DNA from: an uncultured delta proteobacterium
Lineage (GTDB): Bacteria; Desulfobacterota; Desulfobacteria; Desulfobacterales; Desulfosalsimonadaceae
Direction of reading: 5' to 3'
Length of the DNA stretch: 64,000 bases
Assembly (NCBI GenBank): GCA_963826785.1
Contig: CAWGYD010000006.1
Coordinates: forward strand, 160,001-224,000
The translations under genes and the position numbers were made by a program. The notes under the pieces were generated by a model. It had not been told where the DNA came from. It saw only the letters and a program-made list of their open reading frames with translations, and searched no databases. This document shows, one piece after another, positions 40,617 through 50,217 of this stretch. Numbering within the stretch: position 1 is the first letter of the stretch; each line of letters begins with the position of its first letter.

Positions 40617-41447
40617 TCAACGTGCGCTTCTTGTACACCCCCCTGGCCCCCCTGAAGGGGGGAATTTAGTAGAGGAACCGCCCCTGAAAAGGAAATTCAG
40701 CGGGGTTGCCCTCAAAGGGGGGCATTGAGGGTTGCCTAAAGAAGAAAGGACATACCCCAGCCAAACATCCTTCGAGTTCATAACCGACTCTCTGCTTGAA
40801 AAATCCGTCACTGCAAAGCGCAGGTTCTTGAAAATCGTTCTCAGCTGTGCATCCTGCCACAGGTAAAATACCCGGCCGGTATCGTCGGTTTTCGTGCCCT
40901 CTCCTTTTTTGATGAACCCGCAAAAAGTCCGAAGTTCGTCACTCCGGTGAAAACCGGACTCTATAACCAACTTAGTTTGTAGTAGATTCCGGCCTCCGCC
41001 GGAATGACGAAAGCGTAAAATCCGACTTTTTACGGCTTCATCTTTTTTCAGCGAGATGTAAAACCAGCCGCCGGGGGAAAGTGCCCGGGCAACATTTTCG
41101 ATGACATGGGCCAGCCGGGCATGGGGCACATGGACAAAGGCGCCGGAGGCCAGAATGGCATCGAAGGAGAGGGCGGCAAAATCAAATGTTTCAAAATCGC
41201 CTTCAATCACTTCGCATCCGGAGTGCTTTCGGGCAAGCGCGGCCAGGCCGGGGGACTTTTCAAAACCGGTGGGGGCAAATCCCCGGTCTTTCATCCACAG
41301 CAGGTCGCGGCCGGATCCGCACCCCACATCGAGGATGGCGGCGCCTTCGGGCAGCGCCCGGACAAAGGGGGAGAGAAAAGAAGACGGATCGACGGAAAAA
41401 GTCCGATCGAAAAAGGATTGAGAATGCCGGTGGTAATAGTCTGCCAT
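40617..41447 (-). CDS. Class I SAM-dependent methyltransferase containing an in-frame palindromic-element insertion
   Basis: ILDVGCGSGRD; FDAILASGAFVHV; insert lies between SLKK and KKGEG. Confidence 0.85.
   Translation of the reverse strand: MADYYHRHSQSFFDRTFSVDPSSFLSPFVRALPEGAAILDVGCGSGRDLLWMKDRGFAPTGFEKSPGLAALARKHSGCEVIEGDFETFDFAALSFDAILASGAFVHVPHARLAHVIENVARALSPGGWFYISLKKDEAVKSRILRFRHSGGGRNLLQTKLVIESGFHRSDELRTFCGFIKKGEGTKTDDTGRVFYLWQDAQLRTIFKNLRFAVTDFSSRESVMNSKDVWLGYVLSSLGNPQCPPLRATPLNFLFRGGSSTKFPPSGGPGGCTRSAR
40634..40726. repeat. REP-like elements overlapping the 3' end of the methyltransferase
   Basis: TACACCCCCCTGGCCCCCCTGAAGGGGGGAATT plus degenerate copies. Confidence 0.7.
40911..41042 (-). 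mobile_element. 132-bp palindromic MITE-like element inserted in-frame in a gene
   Basis: Three mismatches against 29291-29422; flanked by AAAAAA on both sides (coding strand). Confidence 0.9.
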
Positions 41448-41654
41448 CTATTTCTGCGGTTATGCGTGAAGAAGGATTTGACTGAATTTTAAAAGAGCAG
41501 GAGAGAAGCGGCCCGGATTTAAACGGGCATCGGTTTGAGCATATGCTTTTCTAAAATTAAATTGACGTGCGCGTCAAGTCATATGTGTGTTTTTGGCGTA
41601 AGGTTGGCTTTGGGATTTGCTGTCTGCGGGCGGGGGAACACTTCCCTGGCCGGG

Positions 41655-41841
41655 AACACCCCCCTGGCCCCCCTCAAGGGGGGAATTGAAATGGGTATGT
41701 TTGGGTTGCAAGTGTGAAAACACTCTGGGCGCTCCCCGCAGAGGGAATGATGAATGGAGGGGCGGTTTTGGCGCTTGGAGTTTTGGGCTTGGAAGGAATT
41801 TGTTATTTGTGGCGGGTTGAACACCCCCCTGGCCCCCCTCA
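41655..41841 (+). repeat. REP-like elements
   Basis: AACACCCCCCTGGCCCCCCTCAAGGGGGGAATT at ~41655, a degenerate unit at ~41733, and a second copy starting ~41819 that is interrupted. Confidence 0.78.
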
Positions 41842-42244
41842 CAGGGCTAGGCGCTAATTAAGAATGCGATATCTTCTAATTTGTCAGTTCCTCTTAAGAG
41901 CGTCATTCGGGCAGCTCCTCCAGAAGAGAAATGAACAGGAAAGCGGTATACATTCTTGCAAATAAGAATCGGAGTTTATGGTTGACCTGAAAGCGAGTTT
42001 GGGAATATAATTTGTGGAAGGGTTCACCAAAAGTATGGAGTCCATTTTTGGGTTTTATGAGAATTCATGGAAGTATAGATTTGCTATCCAGCGAGAAAAC
42101 GATTGAAAGACTGGAACGAAAGTGGAAAATGATTGATTGAGAGAACGAATCTCGTTGGAGGATTTGTATCCGAATATTTGATGGATTCCGGTAAAATGGA
42201 ATTATGATGATTTACGGGTTGGATACTATGCTTAAGTAGCCCTG
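41842..42244. mobile_element. 403-bp AT-rich non-autonomous element (MITE) inserted in a REP-like repeat
   Basis: Ends CAGGGCTA...TAGCCCTG; 6-bp duplication CCCTCA (41836-41841 and 42245-42250); no long ORF. Confidence 0.8.
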
Positions 42245-42529
42245 CCCTCAAGGGGGGATTTAGGGATAGAGGGACGACTTAAGAGTCGGTCATCGGCAGC
42301 TTTGGCCGCTCTCGCAGGGGGAATTGGTATGGGTGTTGTTTCAGATTGGATGTGTGAAAGTCTTGGGGCTCCTCGCAGGTGGGGAATTGGAGAATGGGGG
42401 ACGTATGAACCCGGTATGATTCATGGGCGGGCTTTTTAGCTTTTAGAATTGATTTTAATCCTTCCGGTCGATATATGTTGCAGTAAATCCGGTCCTAAAG
42501 AGCGTTTCCATTCGGCCAGAGGGGAAAAG

Positions 42530-45259
42530 ATGATGAAATCGGGTATCATACCGGGAATAATCGGAGGAGTTGTCGGCGGATTTCTCATCGGATTTGACGG
42601 CCTGCTGTTCGGCCTGGCGGCGGGGTTTCTGGCGGGTGCGGTCCATGCAATAAACGGCCGCGTCAGGAATCTGGAGAACCGGGTAGCGGATTACGAGCGG
42701 CGGTTTCACCCGGCGGAAAAAGAGGCGATTCAGCCGGCCCCGGCGCCCGACTGGCCGGAAACGCCCGTCGAAGCCGCACCGTTTGAGCGCCCCCTTTCCC
42801 CTGGACCCGCGGTCTTTGCCGATGATTTCAAATTCCCGGATGCCCGGCCTTCCCCGCCGGCGGCCGGCCCGACGCCTTCCCCCGCGTCTTCGGGGGCGGC
42901 CGCCCATGGCTCCGTCAGCTTCAATGAACAGGTGATCGGGCACATCAGGGATTTCTTCACCCGGGGCAACGTGGTGGTGCGGATCGGCCTGGTGGTGCTC
43001 TTTTTCGGGGTGGCCTTTCTCATCAAGTACGCGGCGGAGCGCAACATGCTCCCCATCGAGCTTCGGCTCTGCGCGGCGGCGGCCGGCGGCATCTTCATGC
43101 TGGGGCTGGGCTGGCACCTGAGGCTGCGGCGGCCCGGGTATGCCATGCTGATCCAGGGCGGCGGGGTGGGCATCCTTTACCTCACCGTGTTTGCCGCCGC
43201 CCGGATGTACGGGCTTCTGCCGGCGGCCCTGGGGTTCTTCCTGCTGGTGGGGCTGGTTTTTCTGAGCGCGGTGCTCGCCCTGCTTGCCGATGCCCGGGCC
43301 ATGGCCCTGTTCGCCACGGCGGGCGGTTTTCTGGCGCCGGTGCTGATGTCCACCGGCAGGGGCGACCACGTATTCCTGTTTTCCTTCTATGCCCTGCTCA
43401 ACGCCGGCATCCTTTGCATCGCCTGGTTCAAGGCCTGGCGGGAGCTGAACCTGGCGGGGTTTCTCTTTACCTTCGTGATCGGCACGGCATGGGGGGTGAC
43501 CCGGTACCGGCCGGAATTCTTCGCCTCCACCGAGCCGTTTCTGGTGTTGTTCTTTCTCTTCTATGCGGCCATTTCCGTCTTGTACGCCCACCGGCAGCCG
43601 ATCAACCTGAAGGGGTATATCGACGGGCCGCTGGTGTTCGGTCTGCCCCTGATCATCTTCGGGCTGCAGGCCGCGCTGGTCCGGAATTACGAATACGGGA
43701 TGGCCGTCAGCGCGGTGGCCCTGAGCGCCTTTTATCTCATCCTGGTCCAGGTCCTGTGGAAACGGCGGCTCGAAGGGATGCGGATGCTTGCGGAATCCTA
43801 CCTGTCCCTGGGGGTCGTGTTTGCGTCGCTGGCCATACCCCTGGCCTTCGACAGCTCGTGGACATCCGGGCTGTGGGGGCTGGAGGGCGCGGGGCTGGTC
43901 TGGATCGGGCTGCGCCAGAACCGCCTGAAGGCACGCTGTTTCGGGCTGGTTCTCCAGGCGGGCGCCATGATCTCGTTCCTGCACACCGCAAAGCTTGCCG
44001 CCGGCAGCACCCCGGTTCTAAACGGCGTTTGCATGAGCTGCCTGTTCATCAGCCTGGCCGGATTCATCTCCAACTACTGCTACGTCCATTTCAAGGACCG
44101 GCTGCGGGGCTGGGAAGATCCGATCCACATCCTGCTGATCATCTGGGCGCTGGCCTGGTGGCTCGGCGGCGGAATCAACGAGATCGAACGCCATATCGGC
44201 ATCACCCACGAACTGCACGCGGCCCTGCTGTTCATCGCGGCAAGCGCCTGGGTGACGGGGCTTCTGCATGGACGGTTCAACTGGTCGGACATGGCCGCAC
44301 CGCCCATGGGGCTGCTGCCGGTGATGACGTTGATCGCGGCGGGCGCGTATGCGTCCGGCATCTGGCGCCATCCGTTTTCCGGGTGGGGCGGACCGGCCTG
44401 GGGGATGGCCATTGCAATTCAATACCATCTGCTGTGGCGGCTTGAGAAGACCTGGAAGGAACTGGTCATCCGCTGGCATCATTCCTTTGCCTTCTACCTG
44501 GCGCTGTTTCTGGCGGCCTGGGAATCCGCATGGGTGATTGAAAAATCAACGGGCGGAGCCATTTGGGGATTTGTGTGCTGGGGTGCGATCCCCGCTCTTG
44601 CCGCCCTGCTGATGATGCTTTATGGAAGGCGCATGGCCTGGCCGGTGCGCCGATTTGCACCGCAGTATCTTTCAAAGGGAATGGCGCCCGTGATGGGCTG
44701 CCTGTGGGTGTGGGTGCTTGCCGCATGCGTAAACGAGGGAAACCCGGCCCCGCTCCCCTATGTCCCGGTCGCAAACCCGGTGGAGATCGCCCAGGTCTTC
44801 GCCCTGCTGGTGATCACCCGGTGGTGGATGCAATCCCGCGGGGAAATGACCGACGCCCTGCCGGAATTGCCGATGCATGCGGTGCCCTTTGCCATCGGCG
44901 GGGCCGCCTTTTTCTGGCTGAACGGCGTCATCGCCCGCACGGTGCATTTCCGGGGCGGGGTCCCCTATGACGGGGCGTCCCTGTTTGACTCGGTTTCGTT
45001 TCAGGCGTCCATCAGCATCATCTGGACGATCACGGCGCTTTGCATCATGGTCGGCGCCACGCGCAGGGCCAGCCGCATGGTGTGGTTTGTGGGATCGGTG
45101 GTCCTGGGCCTGGTGGTGGCCAAGCTTTTCCTGGTGGATCTGGACGGCATCGGCACGGTCGCCCGGATCATCTCATTTCTGGTGGTGGGGGTGCTGATGC
45201 TGGTGATCGGCTATTTTTCCCCGCTGCCGCCCAAACAGGCAACGGAGGCCGCGGCATGA
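42530..45259 (+). CDS. DUF2339 multi-pass membrane protein
   Basis: FFTRGNVVVRIGLVVLFFGVAFLIKYA...QGGGVGILYLT...KLFLVDL...ARIISF...YFSPLPP. Confidence 0.88.
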   Translation: MMKSGIIPGIIGGVVGGFLIGFDGLLFGLAAGFLAGAVHAINGRVRNLENRVADYERRFHPAEKEAIQPAPAPDWPETPVEAAPFERPLSPGPAVFADDFKFPDARPSPPAAGPTPSPASSGAAAHGSVSFNEQVIGHIRDFFTRGNVVVRIGLVVLFFGVAFLIKYAAERNMLPIELRLCAAAAGGIFMLGLGWHLRLRRPGYAMLIQGGGVGILYLTVFAAARMYGLLPAALGFFLLVGLVFLSAVLALLADARAMALFATAGGFLAPVLMSTGRGDHVFLFSFYALLNAGILCIAWFKAWRELNLAGFLFTFVIGTAWGVTRYRPEFFASTEPFLVLFFLFYAAISVLYAHRQPINLKGYIDGPLVFGLPLIIFGLQAALVRNYEYGMAVSAVALSAFYLILVQVLWKRRLEGMRMLAESYLSLGVVFASLAIPLAFDSSWTSGLWGLEGAGLVWIGLRQNRLKARCFGLVLQAGAMISFLHTAKLAAGSTPVLNGVCMSCLFISLAGFISNYCYVHFKDRLRGWEDPIHILLIIWALAWWLGGGINEIERHIGITHELHAALLFIAASAWVTGLLHGRFNWSDMAAPPMGLLPVMTLIAAGAYASGIWRHPFSGWGGPAWGMAIAIQYHLLWRLEKTWKELVIRWHHSFAFYLALFLAAWESAWVIEKSTGGAIWGFVCWGAIPALAALLMMLYGRRMAWPVRRFAPQYLSKGMAPVMGCLWVWVLAACVNEGNPAPLPYVPVANPVEIAQVFALLVITRWWMQSRGEMTDALPELPMHAVPFAIGGAAFFWLNGVIARTVHFRGGVPYDGASLFDSVSFQASISIIWTITALCIMVGATRRASRMVWFVGSVVLGLVVAKLFLVDLDGIGTVARIISFLVVGVLMLVIGYFSPLPPKQATEAAA

Positions 45260-46668
45260 AGAAGCGGGTGGGTGCAATGGCGCTGCTGGTGATGGGGGTG
45301 CTGATGCTGATGACAATTTATGGCGATCCGGGTGCGCATGCAGAGCAGCCGGCAGCTGAACCGGCTCCGGATGATTTTGCATACGGCATGTCCATACGCC
45401 TGGAAGGAGAGGCCCCCATCTATGAAATGGCGATGCCCGAGGCGGTGTACCGGCAGGTGACGCGCCCGGATCTCGGGGACATGCGGGTGTTCAACGGCGA
45501 AAACGAAGCGGTGCCCCATGCCGTCGCCCGGCCGGAGCGGCCCGTCAGCCAGAACCCGCCGGTGCCGGTCCCCTTTTTTCCGCTGCCGGAAAACCTTGCC
45601 GCCAACGGGAAAAACATCTCGTTAAACATCACCACCGATCCGGCGGGCACGATCATCGATGTGGAAACCGACGGCCGGGAAGCGCGCGTCAAAAAAATTT
45701 CCGCATGGCTGCTGGATCTGAGCGGCATCGAAGATCCCCCCGAAAAAATCGAAATCAACTGGAATCGGCAGTCCGAGAATTTTTCAGCCACCGTGGCCGT
45801 TTACGGCAGCAATGACTTAAATGACTGGCGCCTTTCGGTTCCCGCAGCATCCATCGCCCAGCTTGATTTTTCCGGCCATCAGCTCTTCAAGAACGAAATC
45901 GATCTGCCGGCCGCCCGGTTTAAATACCTGAAATTGACCTGGCCGCAGGAAGCTGCGGGGCACGCGTTGACGGACGCAACGATCTTTTTTCCGGAAAAGG
46001 TTCAGGAGAATTCCCGGAACTGGATTTCCATCAGCGGAAAACAAACGGAAAAAGACAACCGCGCCTGGACGTTTGACAGCGGCGGCGTGTTTCCCGTGGA
46101 CCGGATCGACCTTGCGCTGCCCGGGAAAAACAACCTGCTGCAGGCCTTGATCCAGGCCCGCCGCAGCCCGGAAGAAGTTTGGCACGACCGGTGCGGGGGA
46201 TTGTTTTACCGCCTTTCGATGGATGAGACCCTCCTCGTCAATGATCCCGTGCGGCTCAGCGCCGTGACCGACCGGTACTGGCGGATTAAAATCGTTTCCG
46301 ATGACAGCGGCCCGGGCGGCGAACCGCCCCGGCTGAAATTGGGCTGGACGCCCCACCGGTTGATATTTCTGGCCCGGGGCAACCCGCCGTTCACCCTGGC
46401 CTTCGGCAGCGCCGGGATCGGGCCTGCCGCCCAGACGGTCGACCTGCTTTTTTCAAAAATTTACAAAGACGGCAAACCCGAACTGATCAAATCCGCATCC
46501 GCGGGCGAAATGTCCGCCCTCGGCGGCCCCGACCGCCTGAAGCCGATCCCGCCGCCGCTCCCCTGGAAAAAATGGCTGCTGTGGGTCATTCTGGTCTCAA
46601 GCGTCGCCGCCCTGGCCTGGATGGCGCTGAAACTGTACCGGCAGATGAACGCTATTTCTAGCTGTTGA
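45256..46668 (+). CDS. DUF3999-family protein
   Basis: DDFAYG...PDLGDMRVFNGENEAVP...FLARGNPPFTLAFG...WLLWVIL; ATGA overlap with DUF2339. Confidence 0.82.
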   Translation: MKKRVGAMALLVMGVLMLMTIYGDPGAHAEQPAAEPAPDDFAYGMSIRLEGEAPIYEMAMPEAVYRQVTRPDLGDMRVFNGENEAVPHAVARPERPVSQNPPVPVPFFPLPENLAANGKNISLNITTDPAGTIIDVETDGREARVKKISAWLLDLSGIEDPPEKIEINWNRQSENFSATVAVYGSNDLNDWRLSVPAASIAQLDFSGHQLFKNEIDLPAARFKYLKLTWPQEAAGHALTDATIFFPEKVQENSRNWISISGKQTEKDNRAWTFDSGGVFPVDRIDLALPGKNNLLQALIQARRSPEEVWHDRCGGLFYRLSMDETLLVNDPVRLSAVTDRYWRIKIVSDDSGPGGEPPRLKLGWTPHRLIFLARGNPPFTLAFGSAGIGPAAQTVDLLFSKIYKDGKPELIKSASAGEMSALGGPDRLKPIPPPLPWKKWLLWVILVSSVAALAWMALKLYRQMNAISSC

Positions 46669-48070
46669 GCCAGCCGCCGGTGAAACCGGCCTGCTCCAGG
46701 CCCTTTTTGATGTATTTGTTTTCTTTCATCAGGTTCCAGATAAATCCTGTCCGGTAATTTTCGATCATCAGAAGGATGGGGCCCTGGTCGATGGCAATGT
46801 ACTGATTGTCAAACCATCCGTCCGGACTGGTCGAATCGTACGTGTATGAAAGATTGAACGCATCCTTGAAACCATATTCGCCGTAAACATCATTGCCGAA
46901 TCGATCTTTCAGGTGCCTCAGGGTGGGGATGGTGATATCCGGTGCGAACGGGATGGAGCCGCCCACGGCCGTGGGGGCGATGGTTCCGTCGTCGCACAGG
47001 TACGCGGCGCCGGCGCCGCGCGCCCAGTACCGATGATACACCCGGGCATCCTCCCCCTGTCCAACGGCGGCATCCATGGGACCGTCCGACGCCGTCAGCC
47101 CCCAGACCTTTTGGCCGTATCCCTTCCAGTCATTGGGATTGTCGATGCAGTAAGCCTGTCCGGCATATGTCGCCCGCCTGGAATTGATGAAATAATCGAT
47201 TCCTTTTGACCGCATGTAGTCGTCCTGAATGCCGCGGAAATCGATCCAGGCCTGGGAGTACTGGTGACCGAACAGCGGTCCGAAATTCACATACGAATGG
47301 TCATAATAGGTTTCCCACTTGTACGTATCAGTCCATTTCCCCCATGAATCCGGGGAGATCGGATGGGTCGGCGATCCAAGCGCCAGAATGTAGAGGATCA
47401 TTCCTTCATTGTATCCGCTCCAGCAGGCATCGGTATAACCCTTTTCCGGGTACCACCCCATGTTGAGCAGCGGCTTGTGCTGCTTGTCATAAAACCAGGG
47501 CCAGACGATCCGGCGATACAGGATGTCGGCGCAAGACCGGATCCGTGCCTCCGTGGGGTTGTCCGCATCAAAATAGGTCTGGGCCGAAAGGACGCCAGCC
47601 ATCAGCAGGGCCGTGTCGATGCTGGACAATTCAGTATCCCCCACCCGGGCCCCGCTGTCCATGTCCAGAAAGTGGTAGAAAAAGCCCTTGTAACCGGCAA
47701 CATGGCGCGATTCGGGCCCCTGAGGGGCGTCCTTTAAGAACTGCAGCGTGGTCAGGGTCCGCTGCGCCGCCTGGGCCCGGGTGATATAATGCCGCTGCGC
47801 CCCCACCAGGTATGCGGTAAGGGAAAAACCAACGGCGGCCACACTCGACAGACGGTTGTCCGGAAAACGGTCCGGGGTGAGGCCGTTTTTCGGATTGGGG
47901 GTGTTCCAGAAGAAATCAAAGGTATCGCGTTCCAATTTATTCAGAAATTGCTGCTGATGCGCCGTGAGTTTCCCATGAAGGGGCGCCGATGCGGCTGATG
48001 CCGGGACAGAAGACAGGCAAAAGGCGGGAATCAGAAATAATGTGACGAGCACATATATGCGTTTTCTCAT
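46658..48070 (-). CDS. Secreted glucoamylase-like / GH144 endo-beta-1,2-glucanase-family protein
   Basis: Signal peptide; GFFYHFLD, ELSSIDTA, GYNEG, PLFGHQYS, WGLTASDGP, IDQGP...IENYR. Confidence 0.8.
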   Translation of the reverse strand: MRKRIYVLVTLFLIPAFCLSSVPASAASAPLHGKLTAHQQQFLNKLERDTFDFFWNTPNPKNGLTPDRFPDNRLSSVAAVGFSLTAYLVGAQRHYITRAQAAQRTLTTLQFLKDAPQGPESRHVAGYKGFFYHFLDMDSGARVGDTELSSIDTALLMAGVLSAQTYFDADNPTEARIRSCADILYRRIVWPWFYDKQHKPLLNMGWYPEKGYTDACWSGYNEGMILYILALGSPTHPISPDSWGKWTDTYKWETYYDHSYVNFGPLFGHQYSQAWIDFRGIQDDYMRSKGIDYFINSRRATYAGQAYCIDNPNDWKGYGQKVWGLTASDGPMDAAVGQGEDARVYHRYWARGAGAAYLCDDGTIAPTAVGGSIPFAPDITIPTLRHLKDRFGNDVYGEYGFKDAFNLSYTYDSTSPDGWFDNQYIAIDQGPILLMIENYRTGFIWNLMKENKYIKKGLEQAGFTGGWLNS

Positions 48071-48406
48071 GAAAAATTACCTCTCGAATCCCGCATATAT
48101 CCCCGCTGGCGGGCATTTCCGGCCGCCCACCCGGCACGCGGGCAAAAAGGCGCAAAAACCCCCTTGCGGATCAAAACATCGCCCATTTTGATAACCATCC
48201 GGATTACCGCAAATGGAGGATGCCTGATGCGCAGTTACTCATATGCTTTTCAAAATTTCGTAACTTGCAGAAGAGTTTCTAAAGCACAGCAGGTTTACAA
48301 GCGAGATAAATGCATTTGATATTATATGATATGTTTCCGGGGATCGGAACTACACGCCCAGGGCCGGATTGTCAAGGGAATAAATTGGGGAACACCATGC
48401 CCCCTG

Positions 48407-49267
48407 TTAGGGGACATCGATGGAGATCATGATGCTCAGGGTGGTAATGGCCAGTATGGAGAAGCGGTAGAGTTTTTTGGCCCAGGGGCGGGGATCGGTG
48501 GGATTGAAGCCCCTCCATGCCATATACAGCCAGCACAGGCCCAGTGGCAACGCCACGGCAAGGGTGATGCAGCCGGTGCGGCCCGCAGCGGTCAGCAGCG
48601 GCACGGTCAGCGTAAAGGCCAGGATATAGCCGATGATGTGCCTTCTGGTTGCAATCGTTCCCCGCGCAACCGGCCAAACCGGTATGCCGGCGGCGGCATA
48701 GTCATCGAGCCGGTAAATGGAAATGGCATAGCAGTGGGGCATCTGCCAGAGGCTGAACATTAAAAACAGGATCAGTCCCCCCATATCCAAACGGCCGGTG
48801 ACCGCGCAGTAACCGGCCAGGGGCGGGACGGCCCCCGCCAGACTGCCGGCCAGGGCACCGTACACCGAACGGCGCTTCAACAGCAGGCTGTATAAGACCA
48901 CATAGACCCCGAATCCGGCGCCCACGAGGGCCACGGCCAGGAGGTTGGTTTCCGCCCAGAGCAGGGCGATCCCCGCCGCCCCCAGCAGCGACGCAAAGAG
49001 GGCAGCATTCTTGACCGGCATGCCCTCCCGGGCCAGGACCCGGTTTTTCGTCCGGACCATTTTCCGGTCCATGCCCCTGTCAATGCAGTTGTTGTAGACA
49101 CAGCCGGAGGCGACCACCAGGGATATGCCGGTGATCGCCGGCACGAGCAGAGCCGGGTTCACCTGGCCCCCGGAGGCCAGGAAAAAGCCGGCCGCCGCCG
49201 AAACCAGATTGCCCAGGACGATCATCGGCTTGGTGACGCGCAGATAGTTTTTGGCCGTATCCCTCAT
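48407..49267 (-). CDS. cyoE: Heme o synthase (protoheme IX farnesyltransferase)
   Basis: TKPMIVLGN, NNCIDRGMDRKMVRTKNR, WQMPH. Confidence 0.92.
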   Translation of the reverse strand: MRDTAKNYLRVTKPMIVLGNLVSAAAGFFLASGGQVNPALLVPAITGISLVVASGCVYNNCIDRGMDRKMVRTKNRVLAREGMPVKNAALFASLLGAAGIALLWAETNLLAVALVGAGFGVYVVLYSLLLKRRSVYGALAGSLAGAVPPLAGYCAVTGRLDMGGLILFLMFSLWQMPHCYAISIYRLDDYAAAGIPVWPVARGTIATRRHIIGYILAFTLTVPLLTAAGRTGCITLAVALPLGLCWLYMAWRGFNPTDPRPWAKKLYRFSILAITTLSIMISIDVP

Positions 49268-49596
49268 TACCATTTCAGCCGGTAATTCATGTTGTACATG
49301 ATCCAGAGGGTTCCCCCGACAAACAGGACCATGATCAGCAGGGTAAACAGCAGGGCCGCCACGTTCCAGCGCATGGAAGACGAGGTGTCCAGGTGCAGGA
49401 AAAAATGGAGGTGCACCAGGATCTGTAAAACGGCCGCGGAGAACATGCCGGCCAGGGTGGCCCGAAGGGAGACCGCGCCGCTCATGACCAGCACAAACGC
49501 CATGACCGTCAGCAAAAGGGACAGGACAAACGCAATAAGATAGGATTTGAGGCTTCCCCTGCTTGCCCCGATCCGCTCAGCAGATGCCGGATTCAT
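49267..49596 (-). CDS. cyoD: Cytochrome bo3 quinol oxidase subunit IV
   Basis: SYLIAFVLSLLLT...QILVHLHFFLHL...GTLWIM. Confidence 0.92.
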   Translation of the reverse strand: MNPASAERIGASRGSLKSYLIAFVLSLLLTVMAFVLVMSGAVSLRATLAGMFSAAVLQILVHLHFFLHLDTSSSMRWNVAALLFTLLIMVLFVGGTLWIMYNMNYRLKW

Positions 49597-50214
49597 TTAT
49601 AAGACCCCCATCAGGTACACAAAGGTGAATATGCCGATCCAGATAACGTCCAGAAAGTGCCAGAACATGCTCAGGCGCATCAGCCGCGACTGGACGGGGG
49701 CGGTCAGCCCCTTGACGGCAACCTGCCCGATCATGACCGCCATCCACAGCAGCCCGAAGCTCACATGGGTGCCGTGGGTGCCCACCAGGGTGAAAAAGGC
49801 CGATAGAAAGCCGCTGCGCTGGGGTCCATGACCGGCGGCCACCATGCCGTAGAACTCATGGATCTCCATGCCGATAAACCCCAGTCCCAGCAGAAAGGTG
49901 ATGCCAAGCCCCGCCAGAAGCAGCCGCCTTTTCTCATTGTGCATGGCCACCATGGTCAGGCCGTAGCTGGTGCTGCTGAACAGCAGGAACATGGTTTCAC
50001 CGAAGGTGTAGCGAAGATCGAACAGGTCCTTGCCGGTGGGGCCGCCTGCATAATTGCGGCCCACTACGGCATAGGTGGCAAAGAGCGCCGCAAACAGCAC
50101 CAGGTCGCTCATGAGGTAAATCCAGAACCCGAAGGCCTGGATATCCATGGTGTCATGGTGTAGCGCTTCCCGGGAATAAGTGGAGGCGATGGTCGAAGCG
50201 TCGGTTGCAATCAT
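49597..50214 (-). CDS. cyoC: Cytochrome bo3 quinol oxidase subunit III
   Basis: FGFWIYLMSD, FLSAFFTLVGTHG, FWHFLDVIW. Confidence 0.93.
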   Translation of the reverse strand: MIATDASTIASTYSREALHHDTMDIQAFGFWIYLMSDLVLFAALFATYAVVGRNYAGGPTGKDLFDLRYTFGETMFLLFSSTSYGLTMVAMHNEKRRLLLAGLGITFLLGLGFIGMEIHEFYGMVAAGHGPQRSGFLSAFFTLVGTHGTHVSFGLLWMAVMIGQVAVKGLTAPVQSRLMRLSMFWHFLDVIWIGIFTFVYLMGVL

Positions 50215-50217
50215 GAT

